From: Candidatus Methylomirabilia bacterium
Lineage (GTDB): Bacteria; Methylomirabilota; Methylomirabilia; Rokubacteriales; CSP1-6
NCBI GenBank assembly: GCA_041492755.1
Contig: JBGPXN010000157.1
Span: 1-10,888, forward strand
Direction: 5' to 3'
Length of the DNA: 10,888 nt
Shown here: positions 1 through 7,430 of the stretch, in pieces
Layout of the letters: each line of letters opens with the position of its first letter
How positions within the stretch are numbered: the stretch's first letter is position 1
Program-made: the position numbers and the translations under genes
Notes under the pieces: generated by a model
The model's database searches: none
What the model was told of the DNA's origin: nothing
Seen by the model: the letters and a program-made list of their open reading frames with translations, nothing else

Positions 1-161
1 AGCTGGCGAACGATGCCGACCGAGCGGCCGGTGCCGCCGGCGCCGAGAAAGCTCTTCTCGAGGACCACGACGGTGCGGACCCCGAGGCCGACCAGGTGGT
101 ACGCGATCGAGACGCCGGTGACGCCGCCGCCGATGATGACGGCGTCGGCCGTCTTGGTCAC
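1..161 (-). CDS. FAD-dependent oxidoreductase, DAO / sarcosine oxidase beta-like family (5' part only, runs off the window)
   Basis: Not in the ORF track. Manual translation from GTG at 161-159 gives MTKTADAVIIGGGVTGVSIAYHLVGLGVRTVVVLEKSFLGAGGTGRSVGIVRQ: GxGxxG Rossmann motif, VVVLEK strand and a GTGRSxGxxR motif typical of DAO-family enzymes. Start overlaps the MOSC stop (GTGA). Confidence 0.9.
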   Translation of the reverse strand, partial: MTKTADAVIIGGGVTGVSIAYHLVGLGVRTVVVLEKSFLGAGGTGRSVGIVRQ

Positions 162-655
162 GAGTGACGCGGTGCGGAGGTGGGCTCGCTGACGAGCTCG
201 ATGGAATCGCCGCGACGAACGAGTCCGGGCACGAGCACCCGGGCGTAGACGCGGCTCCAGCCCGGATGGCGCTTCTGCGAGACGCGCGCGTAGTCGCCGT
301 CCAGGAACCCTCGCGTGATGTTCGTGCAGGGGCTGGTGTATCGCGTGACCTCGAGGACGAGCGCGTCGCCGACGCGGAGGCGGCGTCCCGGCGTCACCTG
401 GCTCCAGTCCAGTCCGTGAACGGTGAGATTTTCTCCCAGCGCTCCCGGAGCGATCGGGTGTCCCTCGGCCTGCAACGCCTCGATGACTTCCATCGAGAAG
501 AGGCAGATCGCGCGGTCGGGTCCGCCGTGATGGGCATGGTCGCGATGCGCATCGCCCTCGACACCGTCCACGGTGATCTTCGCCGTGTCCACGGGCGTCT
601 TGGGCACCCCGCCGGGGGAGACGCTGATCCGGACCACTCGCGCGGTTGCGCTCAC
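158..655 (-). CDS. MOSC domain protein (YiiM-like, molybdenum cofactor-binding family)
   Basis: 165 aa with GVPK, GDAHRDHAHHGGPDRA, GENL, the conserved Cys in SPC and a C-terminal ARVLVPGLVRRGD; GTG start overlaps the upstream stop (GTGA at 655-652). Confidence 0.9.
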   Translation of the reverse strand: MSATARVVRISVSPGGVPKTPVDTAKITVDGVEGDAHRDHAHHGGPDRAICLFSMEVIEALQAEGHPIAPGALGENLTVHGLDWSQVTPGRRLRVGDALVLEVTRYTSPCTNITRGFLDGDYARVSQKRHPGWSRVYARVLVPGLVRRGDSIELVSEPTSAPRHS

Positions 656-1629
656 AGGGAGACCTCCTTGCCGATGCCGCGGGCCATCGCGCCATCATAT
701 GCGAGCCGCGCCGCGACGAGGTCTTCCAGCGCGAAGCCCACCGATTTGAAGAGGGTGACGTCCCGCCGATGGGTTCGTCCCTCGACGGCGCCGCTCACGA
801 GCGCGGCCAGGTCCCCGACGACGTGCGAGCGCAGGATTGCGCCGTCCCGGAGCGGGATGACGAGGTCGCCGGCGCTCTCGACGGCGCCCGGATGGTCGAC
901 GAAGACCCGGGCGCGCCGGATCGTTTCCGCGTCGAGCTCGCGCGTGGAGGGCTGAAACGCGCCGACGGCGTCGACGTGCACGCCCTCGGGAAGCCAGCGG
1001 CCGTCGAACAGCGGCTCGGTCGACGTCGTCGCGCACGTGACCACGTCGGCCTCGCGGACGGCGCGCCCGGCATCGTCGACGATCTCGACCGGCACGCCGA
1101 GCCTCGACGTCCACGACTCGGCGAAGCCCCGGGCCCGCCCGGGATCGCGACCGACGACGGCGATGCGCTCGACCGGCAGCTCGGCCGTCAGGCCGCGCAG
1201 CTGAAATCCGGCCTGCACGCCGGCCCCGAAGCACACCAGGCGTCGGGCGTCGGGGCGCGCCAGATATCGCGCGGCCAGCGCGGACGCCGCACCGGTACGC
1301 AGTCCGGTGAGGAACGTACCCTCCAGGACGGCCACGACCCGCCCGGTGCCGACGTCCATGAGGACGTAGGTGGCCTGGATGCTGGCCGCGCCGCGGGCCT
1401 GGTTGCCGGCGTAGAACGTGACGAGCTTCGTGCCCAGCGCCGCCCCGTCCTTCTCCGCGCCCACGGCCGGCATGAGCAGGAGCACGCCATCGTCGGTGAC
1501 CGGCACCGTCGTCCGCGGTGGAACGCGGCCCGCGCCCGCCGCGTAGCTGCGAAACGCCGCGGCCAGCGCGTCGACGAGCTGGCGGGGCTCGAGGACCTGC
1601 TCCAGGTCGCTCCGCGAGAGGACGAGCAC
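652..1629 (-). CDS. Ornithine cyclodeaminase / mu-crystallin family NAD(P)-dependent protein (probably an imine reductase or amino acid dehydrogenase)
   Basis: 325 aa with VPPR, LMPA, KLVT, LRTGAAS, GAGVQA (NAD binding), ADVVTCAT and FKSVGFALEDL motifs; GTG start 1 nt after the MaoC-like stop. Confidence 0.92.
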   Translation of the reverse strand: MLVLSRSDLEQVLEPRQLVDALAAAFRSYAAGAGRVPPRTTVPVTDDGVLLLMPAVGAEKDGAALGTKLVTFYAGNQARGAASIQATYVLMDVGTGRVVAVLEGTFLTGLRTGAASALAARYLARPDARRLVCFGAGVQAGFQLRGLTAELPVERIAVVGRDPGRARGFAESWTSRLGVPVEIVDDAGRAVREADVVTCATTSTEPLFDGRWLPEGVHVDAVGAFQPSTRELDAETIRRARVFVDHPGAVESAGDLVIPLRDGAILRSHVVGDLAALVSGAVEGRTHRRDVTLFKSVGFALEDLVAARLAYDGAMARGIGKEVSL

Positions 1630-1630
1630 G

Positions 1631-2110
1631 TCAGCGCGCGGACTGAGGCCCGGGCACCAGCGCCGCGCGCTTGATCATCCGCTGCACCCGCGTCTCCAGG
1701 ACCAGCTCTCCGCGCTGATTGCGCACCCGGTGCTGGTAGGTGACGATCCCGCGATCCGGCTTCTTCGTCTCGCGCTTGTCGACGACCTCGACCTCGACGT
1801 TGATGGTGTCGCCTTCGAGCACGGGCCCGCCGATCCGGAGATCGCCGCCCAGGAACGCCATGCCGGTGCCGTGAATGGCGCCGGTCTGCATGATGAGTCC
1901 CTCCGCCAGCGCGAAGGTCAGGGCGCCGGGCGCGGCGCGGCGGCCGAACACCGACTCGCGGGCCACGTAGTCCATGTCCATGAACAGGGGCTCCGTGAAG
2001 CCGCACAGGTTCACGAAGTTGACGATGTCCGTCTCCGAGACCGTGCGGGCGAGCGTTCGAAACGTGGTGCCGATCGTCGTCTCCTCGAACGTGAGTCCCT
2101 TGCTGAACAC
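1631..2110 (-). CDS. MaoC-like hotdog-fold protein (atypical active-site motif)
   Basis: 159 aa with RTVSETDIVNF, FGRRAAPG, PVLEGDTI, DRGIV and NQRGELV, typical of MaoC-type hotdog folds; AGGAGG (2120-2115) precedes the GTG start and overlaps the livF stop. Confidence 0.85.
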   Translation of the reverse strand: MFSKGLTFEETTIGTTFRTLARTVSETDIVNFVNLCGFTEPLFMDMDYVARESVFGRRAAPGALTFALAEGLIMQTGAIHGTGMAFLGGDLRIGGPVLEGDTINVEVEVVDKRETKKPDRGIVTYQHRVRNQRGELVLETRVQRMIKRAALVPGPQSAR

Positions 2111-2118
2111 GATGCCTC

Positions 2119-2820
2119 CTACTCGCCGAGATAGGCCCGGCGCACGTCGGGGTTCTCTGCCAGCTCGGCGGCGGTGCCGGCGAGCGCGATGGTCCCGGTT
2201 TCCAGCACGTAGCCGCGATGCGCGATGGCCAGCGCCATGGCGGCATTCTGCTCCACCAGCAGCATCGTCATGCCCTGGCCGTTGATGTCGGCGATGGTCT
2301 GGAAGATCTGCTCCACGAGCACGGGCGCGAGGCCCATGCTCGGCTCGTCGAGCAGGAGCAGGCGCGGGCTGGCCATGAGGGCGCGCCCGATGGCGAGCAT
2401 CTGCTGCTCGCCGCCGGAGAGCGTGCCCGCGACCTGGCCGACGCGTTCCTCCAGACGCGGGAACAGGGCGAAGACGCGGTCGAGATCGTGAGCGACGCCG
2501 GCGTCGTGGCGGAGATATGCGCCCATCATCAAGTTCTCGCGGACGGTGAGGCGATTGAAGATCCGGCGGCCCTCGGGCACGTGGGCGATGCCGCGCGCGA
2601 CGATGTCGTGCGGCGGCACCCCCGCGAGCGGTTGACCCTCCAGAATGAGCGCGCCCTGGCGCGGCGCCAGCAGCCCCGACACGCTCTTGAGCGTCGTCGT
2701 CTTGCCGGCGCCGTTGTTGCCCAGGAGCGCGACGATCTCGCCCCGCCGCACGTCCAGCGTCACGCCCTTGAGCGCGTGGATCTTGCCGTAATAGACGTGC
2801 AGATCGTCAACCCGCAGCAT
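2119..2820 (-). CDS. livF: Branched-chain amino acid ABC transporter ATP-binding subunit
   Basis: 233 aa; Walker A GNNGAGKTT, VPEGRRIF, signature LSGGEQQMLAIGRALM, Walker B LLLLDEPSMGLAP, VEQN, C-terminal AYLG. Confidence 0.95.
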   Translation of the reverse strand: MLRVDDLHVYYGKIHALKGVTLDVRRGEIVALLGNNGAGKTTTLKSVSGLLAPRQGALILEGQPLAGVPPHDIVARGIAHVPEGRRIFNRLTVRENLMMGAYLRHDAGVAHDLDRVFALFPRLEERVGQVAGTLSGGEQQMLAIGRALMASPRLLLLDEPSMGLAPVLVEQIFQTIADINGQGMTMLLVEQNAAMALAIAHRGYVLETGTIALAGTAAELAENPDVRRAYLGE

Positions 2821-3604
2821 GGTCTCGGCGCCGCGGCTCCCACCGGCCCCGGCCGAGGTAGGCCTCGATCACGCGGGGATCGGTCTGCACCTCGCGGGGC
2901 GGCCCCTCCGCGATCTTCTCGCCGTGGTCCAGCACGGTGACGCGATCGGAGACTTCCATGACCACGCGCATGTTGTGCTCGATCAACAGAATCGCGAGCG
3001 GCAGGTCCGTGACCAGCGCGCGGAGCAGGCGCATGAGGGTGGCGGCCTCGCCCTGGGTCATGCCGGCCGTCGGCTCGTCGAGCAGCAGGAGGGAGGGCTC
3101 GGCGGCGAGGGCGCGCGCCAGCTCCAGCCGCCGCTGATCGCCGTAGGGCAGGTTGCGGGCGACCTCGTTGGCGGCGTGTCGCAGACCCACGCGGTCCAGC
3201 AGGTGCTCGGCGCGGACGCCGAGATCGCGCTCCAGCCGCTCGAAGGCGGGCCGGCGCGAGAGCGCGTCCCACAGTCCGGCCCGGATACGGGAGTGCATGC
3301 CGACCAGCACGTTCTCGATCGCGGTCATGTTCGCGAAGAGCCGGATGTTCTGGAACGTGCGGCAGATGCCGAGGGCGGTGATCTGGTCGGGACGGAGCCC
3401 GACCAGCGAGTGACCCCGGTACGTCACCGTGCCGTCGTCGGGCGCGTAGAGGCCGGTGAACACGTTGAACAGGGTGGTCTTGCCGGCGCCGTTGGGCCCG
3501 ATGATCGACGCGATGCCGGAGACGAGCGCGTAATCGACGCCCTTGAGCGCGGTGAGGCCACCGAACCGCTTCGTGACGCCGCGGGCTTCGAAGACCGGCG
3601 TCAC
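2807..3604 (-). CDS. livG: Branched-chain amino acid ABC transporter ATP-binding subunit
   Basis: Start reassigned to GTG at 3604-3602 (GTGA overlap with livM stop), 265 aa; KRFGGL, GPNGAGKTT, RTFQNIRLF, LPYGDQRRLE, LLLLDEPTAG, IEHNM, VIEAYLG. Overlaps livF by 14 nt. Confidence 0.93.
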   Translation of the reverse strand: MTPVFEARGVTKRFGGLTALKGVDYALVSGIASIIGPNGAGKTTLFNVFTGLYAPDDGTVTYRGHSLVGLRPDQITALGICRTFQNIRLFANMTAIENVLVGMHSRIRAGLWDALSRRPAFERLERDLGVRAEHLLDRVGLRHAANEVARNLPYGDQRRLELARALAAEPSLLLLDEPTAGMTQGEAATLMRLLRALVTDLPLAILLIEHNMRVVMEVSDRVTVLDHGEKIAEGPPREVQTDPRVIEAYLGRGRWEPRRRDHAAG

Positions 3605-4803
3605 GTCGGCTGCGCGGGCGTCGTCAGCTCGCGCTGGCGGCGGCGCGCGGGGAGGATGCCCTGGGGCCGGAAGATCATCATGATGACCAGGATCAAGCCG
3701 AAGATCATCCGCTCGTACTTCGCCGGCTCGAGCTGGGTGGGCAGGTCCGCGAGGTTGAAGCCCAGGATCGTCACGCCCGCGTTCTTGAGCTCGTTGAGCC
3801 ACAGGGAGAAGCCCTTGAGCACCTGGAGATTGAGCACGGTCACGACGGTGGCCCCGAGCACGGCGCCGGGGATGGAACCCATGCCGCCCAGGATCACCAT
3901 GGCCAGCACGCCGATCGATTCCAGGAACGTGAACGACTCCGGATTGATGAACACCTGCTTGGCGGAGAAGACCACGCCCATGATGCCGGCGAACGAGGCG
4001 CCGCACGCGAAGGCGAGGAGCTTGGTGCGCACGAGCGGCACGCCCATGGCCTGCGCGGCCAGCTCGTCCTCGCGGATCGCCTCCCAGGCGCGTCCGATGT
4101 GCGAGTCCTCCAGCCGCCGGTTGACGAGGATCACGAGGCCGACGATGACCAGCACCAGGAAGTAGAACGCCTCCGCGTAGGGCAGCCCGAACGGCACGGG
4201 CGGGCGGCTGATGGGCGTGATGCCCTTGGGGCCGTTGGTCAGGTTGATCGGCTTGTCGAGGTTGTTGGCGAGCACCCGGATGACCTCGCCGAAGCCGAGC
4301 GTGACGATGGCGAGGTAATCACCGCGCAGGCGCAGCACGGGCAGGCCGAGGAGCACGCCGGTGCCGGCCGCCGCCACCAGCCCGACCCCGAGAAATGCGT
4401 AGAACCACGCCGGCGCCAGGGGAAAGCCGCCGCCGAAGATCACGTTGGCGTGCGGCGATCCGAAGATCGCCCACGTGTACGCGCCGACGGCGAAGAAGGC
4501 GACGTAGCCGAGGTCGAGGAGCCCGGCCAGGCCGACGACGATGTTGAGCCCGAGCGCGAGCGCGACGAAGATCCCGACCTGGGTCGCGACTTCGAGGTAG
4601 TAGCCGTTGTAGAGGCCGATCAGCGGCATCAGCACGAGCAACGCGAGGCCGAGCAGGCCGGCGCGCAGCCAGGTCGGCATGCGGGCCAGGTAGATGGCGA
4701 GCAGCGAGGCCTGGAAGAGCAGGAAGGCCAGGACCGAGCGCGGGAAGCTCGCCACCACGACCCCGGACACCGTTAACAGGATTATCGCCAGGGCCGCCTG
4801 CAT
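3601..4803 (-). CDS. livM: Branched-chain amino acid ABC transporter permease
   Basis: Start reassigned to ATG at 4803-4801 (TGATG overlap with livH stop), 400 aa; GLNIVVGLAGLLDLGYVAFFAVGAY, RLRGDYLAIVTLGFGE, GRAWEAIREDE, ILGGMGS, RPQG. Confidence 0.93.
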   Translation of the reverse strand: MQAALAIILLTVSGVVVASFPRSVLAFLLFQASLLAIYLARMPTWLRAGLLGLALLVLMPLIGLYNGYYLEVATQVGIFVALALGLNIVVGLAGLLDLGYVAFFAVGAYTWAIFGSPHANVIFGGGFPLAPAWFYAFLGVGLVAAAGTGVLLGLPVLRLRGDYLAIVTLGFGEVIRVLANNLDKPINLTNGPKGITPISRPPVPFGLPYAEAFYFLVLVIVGLVILVNRRLEDSHIGRAWEAIREDELAAQAMGVPLVRTKLLAFACGASFAGIMGVVFSAKQVFINPESFTFLESIGVLAMVILGGMGSIPGAVLGATVVTVLNLQVLKGFSLWLNELKNAGVTILGFNLADLPTQLEPAKYERMIFGLILVIMMIFRPQGILPARRRQRELTTPAQPT

Positions 4804-5774
4804 CACGCGCGCTCGCGCACGACCTCGCCCAGCAGGCCCTTGGGCCGGAAGATCAGGATCAGGATCAGCATCGAGAACGCGAAGATGTCCTTGTACTCGG
4901 CGCCGAACGCGCCCCCCGTCAGCAGCGAGAGGTACGAGGCGGCGAACGCCTCCAGGAGCCCGAGCACGAGGCCCCCGACCATCGCGCCGGGGATGTTGCC
5001 GATGCCGCCGAGCACGGCGGCGGTGAACGCCTTCAGTCCCGGGATGAACCCGCTGTAGGGATTGATCAGTCCGTACTGCACGCCGAACAGCACGCCGGCC
5101 GCGCCGCCCATGGCCCCGCCGATCAGGAACGTCAGCATGATGATCCGGTCGACGTTGATCCCCATCAGGCTGGCCGCCGCCTGATCCTCGGCCACCGCGC
5201 GGATGGCGGCGCCGACGCGCGTGCGGTTCACCAGCACGTGGAGCACCCACAGCATGAGCAACGCGGCCACGATCACCACGATCGACTTCACCGAGACGTC
5301 GATCGTCTCCGTCAGCTCGAAGCGATGGTTGAGGGCGTCGATGGTTGGATAGACGAGGTTGAACTGGTTCCGCCAGATGCTCTCCACGAGCCGGATGAGA
5401 TCCTGGAGGAAGAACGAGATCCCGATGGCGGAGATGAGCGGAATCAGCCGGGGGGCGGCGCGCAACGGCCGGTAGGCGATCCGCTCCACCGCCACCGCGA
5501 GCGCGCCGCTGACCACCATGCCCGCGAGGAGGATCAATACCAGCACGAGGGGCCACGGCAGCGGATCGAGCCATCCCGCGCTCTTGAGCCCGAGCAAGAT
5601 CTCCACTCCCACGAACGCCCCCACGATGAAGATCTCGCTGTGCGCGAAATTGATGAACTCCAGCACCCCGTACACCATCGTGTACCCCAGCGCGATCAGC
5701 GCATACATGAACCCCAAAATGATCCCGTCGATCAACACCTGCGGGAAGATGGTGATGAGTATTTGAAAATCCAT
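4803..5774 (-). CDS. livH: Branched-chain amino acid ABC transporter permease
   Basis: 323 aa; YALIALGYTMVYG, INFAH, ERIAYRPLR, AASLMGIN, KAFTAAVLGGIGNIPGA, FRPKGLLG. Confidence 0.95.
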   Translation of the reverse strand: MDFQILITIFPQVLIDGIILGFMYALIALGYTMVYGVLEFINFAHSEIFIVGAFVGVEILLGLKSAGWLDPLPWPLVLVLILLAGMVVSGALAVAVERIAYRPLRAAPRLIPLISAIGISFFLQDLIRLVESIWRNQFNLVYPTIDALNHRFELTETIDVSVKSIVVIVAALLMLWVLHVLVNRTRVGAAIRAVAEDQAAASLMGINVDRIIMLTFLIGGAMGGAAGVLFGVQYGLINPYSGFIPGLKAFTAAVLGGIGNIPGAMVGGLVLGLLEAFAASYLSLLTGGAFGAEYKDIFAFSMLILILIFRPKGLLGEVVRERA

Positions 5775-6026
5775 CGCAGCTCAGCCCCCCACCCGGACGA
5801 CGAGCAGAATCGTCATCCGACGGCCGTCATGAAGAGGGCTGGAAGCGAAGAACAGGGCCGACCGTTCATTCGATGACCGTCATGCGGGCCGAGGTGGCAA
5901 TGTTCGAGAGATGGACCACCAACCGGATGGCCCGGCGATGCGCTGTGGTCGCGATTGCGCGAGTGGGGTGACGGTGAGGAGGTGAACGACGATCATTCCG
6001 ATCGACGAGAAGGGCCGCCGCCGCGC

Positions 6027-6105
6027 CCGGCGAGGGGAGGGGGGAGGGATTCCGGGCGACTTCGTCCTCGCGGAGCCCGAAACCCCTCCCCCCTCCCCTC
6101 GCCGG
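6027..6105 (-). repeat. Long inverted repeat / mRNA hairpin (31-bp stem, 17-nt loop) just downstream of livK
   Basis: Arms 6027-6057 and 6075-6105 are reverse complements at 29 of 31 positions; both mismatches are G-U pairs in the minus-strand transcript. Begins 13 nt after the livK stop; no U-tract follows. Confidence 0.85.
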
Positions 6106-6118
6106 ACAACAGCGCGAG

Positions 6119-7315
6119 CTATTTCTTGGCTGGAGCGGCAATGGTCAGCCGCTTGACTTCTTTGTTGTCCCCCCACTTCTCAGGGTTGTCGGAAACGACC
6201 TGCAGCACGAAGTAGAGCGCCTTCTTGGGATCACCCTTCTCGTCGAACTCGACCGCGCCCGTGATTCCGGTGTGCTTGACCTTGCGGACTGCCGCGGAGA
6301 CATCTTCACGAGAGGGCGCCTTGCCACCCTTGGCCGCCGCTTCGATCGCCTTGAGCGCGATGGCGGTCGCGTCATACGCCTGGGCCGCGAACGGCTCCGG
6401 GTTCTTCCCGAACTTCTTCTTGTACTCGTCGGCGAACTGCTTGGCCTGCGGATAGACGGAGACGGGGCCGGCCACGGACGTGTAGTGCATGCCGGTGACG
6501 GCCTTGCCCGCGATCTTCACGAGGTCGGAAGAGTCCAGGCCGTCGGGGCCGAGGAACTTCGCCTTCACGCCCTTCTCGCGCGCCTGCTTGAAGAACGGCG
6601 CGGCCTGCTCGTAGATCCCGCCGAAGTAGATCAGGTCGGGGTTCTTGGCGCGGATCGGCGTGATGATCGGATCGAAGTTCGACTTCTCTTCCGTGCCCTC
6701 GAAGCCGAGGACCTTGATCCCCTTCTTCTCGGCGTCCGCCTTGAAGAACTCGGCCACGCCCTGCCCGTACGTCGTCTTGTCGTGGATGACGTAGACCGTC
6801 TTCGCCTTCATGGTCCCGTGGGCGAACTCGGAGCCCACCACGCCCTGCACGTCGTCGCGGCCACACACCCGATAGATGTTGGCGTAGCCGCGGTCCGTGA
6901 CCGTGGGATTGGTGTTGGCCGGCGAGATCATCGTGAGCTGGACTTCCTTGTAGACCTCGGAGGACGGAATGGCGACGCCGGAGTTGAGGTGGCCGATGAT
7001 GGCCAGGATGTCCTTGTCGGCGATGATGTTCTTCGCGTTGGCGACGCCGACGTCGGGCTTGGCCTGGTCGTCGAAGGGGACCAGCTCCACCTTGAAGCCC
7101 TGCTTCTCCAGGCTGCCCTTGAATTTCTCGATCGCGAGCTGGGTGCCGAGCTTGATGCCCTCGCCGAGCGCGGCCTGACCACCGCTCAGCGGGCTCTGGG
7201 TCGCGATCTTGATCGTGCCCTTGCCCTGCGCATCGAGCACTGTCGTCCCGCCCGTGAGCACGAGGGCGAGAGCCAGGGTGAGTGCGAGCACGGAGCGCGT
7301 GCGGTAGGACATCAT
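6119..7315 (-). CDS. livK: Branched-chain amino acid ABC transporter substrate-binding protein (LivK/LivJ type)
   Basis: 398 aa; basic plus hydrophobic signal peptide (probable cleavage at LDA-QG), PLSG, GHLNSG, SPANTNP, RDDVQG, YGQG, AYDA, FDEKGD; AGGAGG 7 nt upstream of the ATG; heads a complete livHMGF set. Confidence 0.93.
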   Translation of the reverse strand: MMSYRTRSVLALTLALALVLTGGTTVLDAQGKGTIKIATQSPLSGGQAALGEGIKLGTQLAIEKFKGSLEKQGFKVELVPFDDQAKPDVGVANAKNIIADKDILAIIGHLNSGVAIPSSEVYKEVQLTMISPANTNPTVTDRGYANIYRVCGRDDVQGVVGSEFAHGTMKAKTVYVIHDKTTYGQGVAEFFKADAEKKGIKVLGFEGTEEKSNFDPIITPIRAKNPDLIYFGGIYEQAAPFFKQAREKGVKAKFLGPDGLDSSDLVKIAGKAVTGMHYTSVAGPVSVYPQAKQFADEYKKKFGKNPEPFAAQAYDATAIALKAIEAAAKGGKAPSREDVSAAVRKVKHTGITGAVEFDEKGDPKKALYFVLQVVSDNPEKWGDNKEVKRLTIAAPAKK

Positions 7316-7322
7316 CGCGTTC

Positions 7323-7328
7323 CCTCCT
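7323..7328 (-). promoter_or_regulatory. Shine-Dalgarno site of livK
   Basis: AGGAGG on the minus strand, 7-nt spacer to ATG at 7315. Confidence 0.85.
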
Positions 7329-7363
7329 TGTGGGCGGGACTTCTACGGTGTGTCGGCGTCGTC

Positions 7364-7392
7364 ATTATCCAGGGCGGCCCGGAGCCGGTCAA
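7364..7392 (-). promoter_or_regulatory. Sigma70-type promoter for the liv operon
   Basis: Minus strand TTGACC (7392-7387), 17-nt spacer, GATAAT (7369-7364); both hexamers match consensus 5/6, in a 115-nt intergenic region of GC-rich DNA. Confidence 0.75.
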
Positions 7393-7430
7393 GCGATGCG
7401 CCGCTCTTCATCCTCACGGCGCCCGCCATC

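Noticed and set aside
1..161. DAO-family gene as thiO because thiE is nearby
   Set aside because: Its GTGRSVGIVR motif resembles sarcosine oxidase beta-like enzymes rather than the ASxAAAGML motif I associate with ThiO; it is 7 kb from thiE behind a separate promoter.
3605..4006. N-terminal extension of the 399-aa ORF containing livG
   Set aside because: Overlaps livM in another frame; LivG similarity starts at the GTG at 3604.
4774..4785. Rare TTA and ATA codons near the livM start
   Set aside because: AT-rich codons in the first few positions are common for reducing mRNA structure (livH shows the same); no evidence for bldA-like control.
4804..5574. N-terminal extension of the 657-aa ORF containing livM
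   Set aside because: Arg-rich alternative-frame sequence overlapping livH; the real start is the ATG at 4803.
6027..6105. Hairpin as a classical Rho-independent terminator or CRISPR repeat
   Set aside because: No U-tract on either side; single unit with no repeat-spacer array or cas genes.
5866..6215. Small ORFs across the livK-livH spacer (5866-6141, 5880-6176, 5955-6215)
   Set aside because: They start or end inside livK, run through the low-complexity inverted repeat, and lack convincing RBS or protein-like composition.
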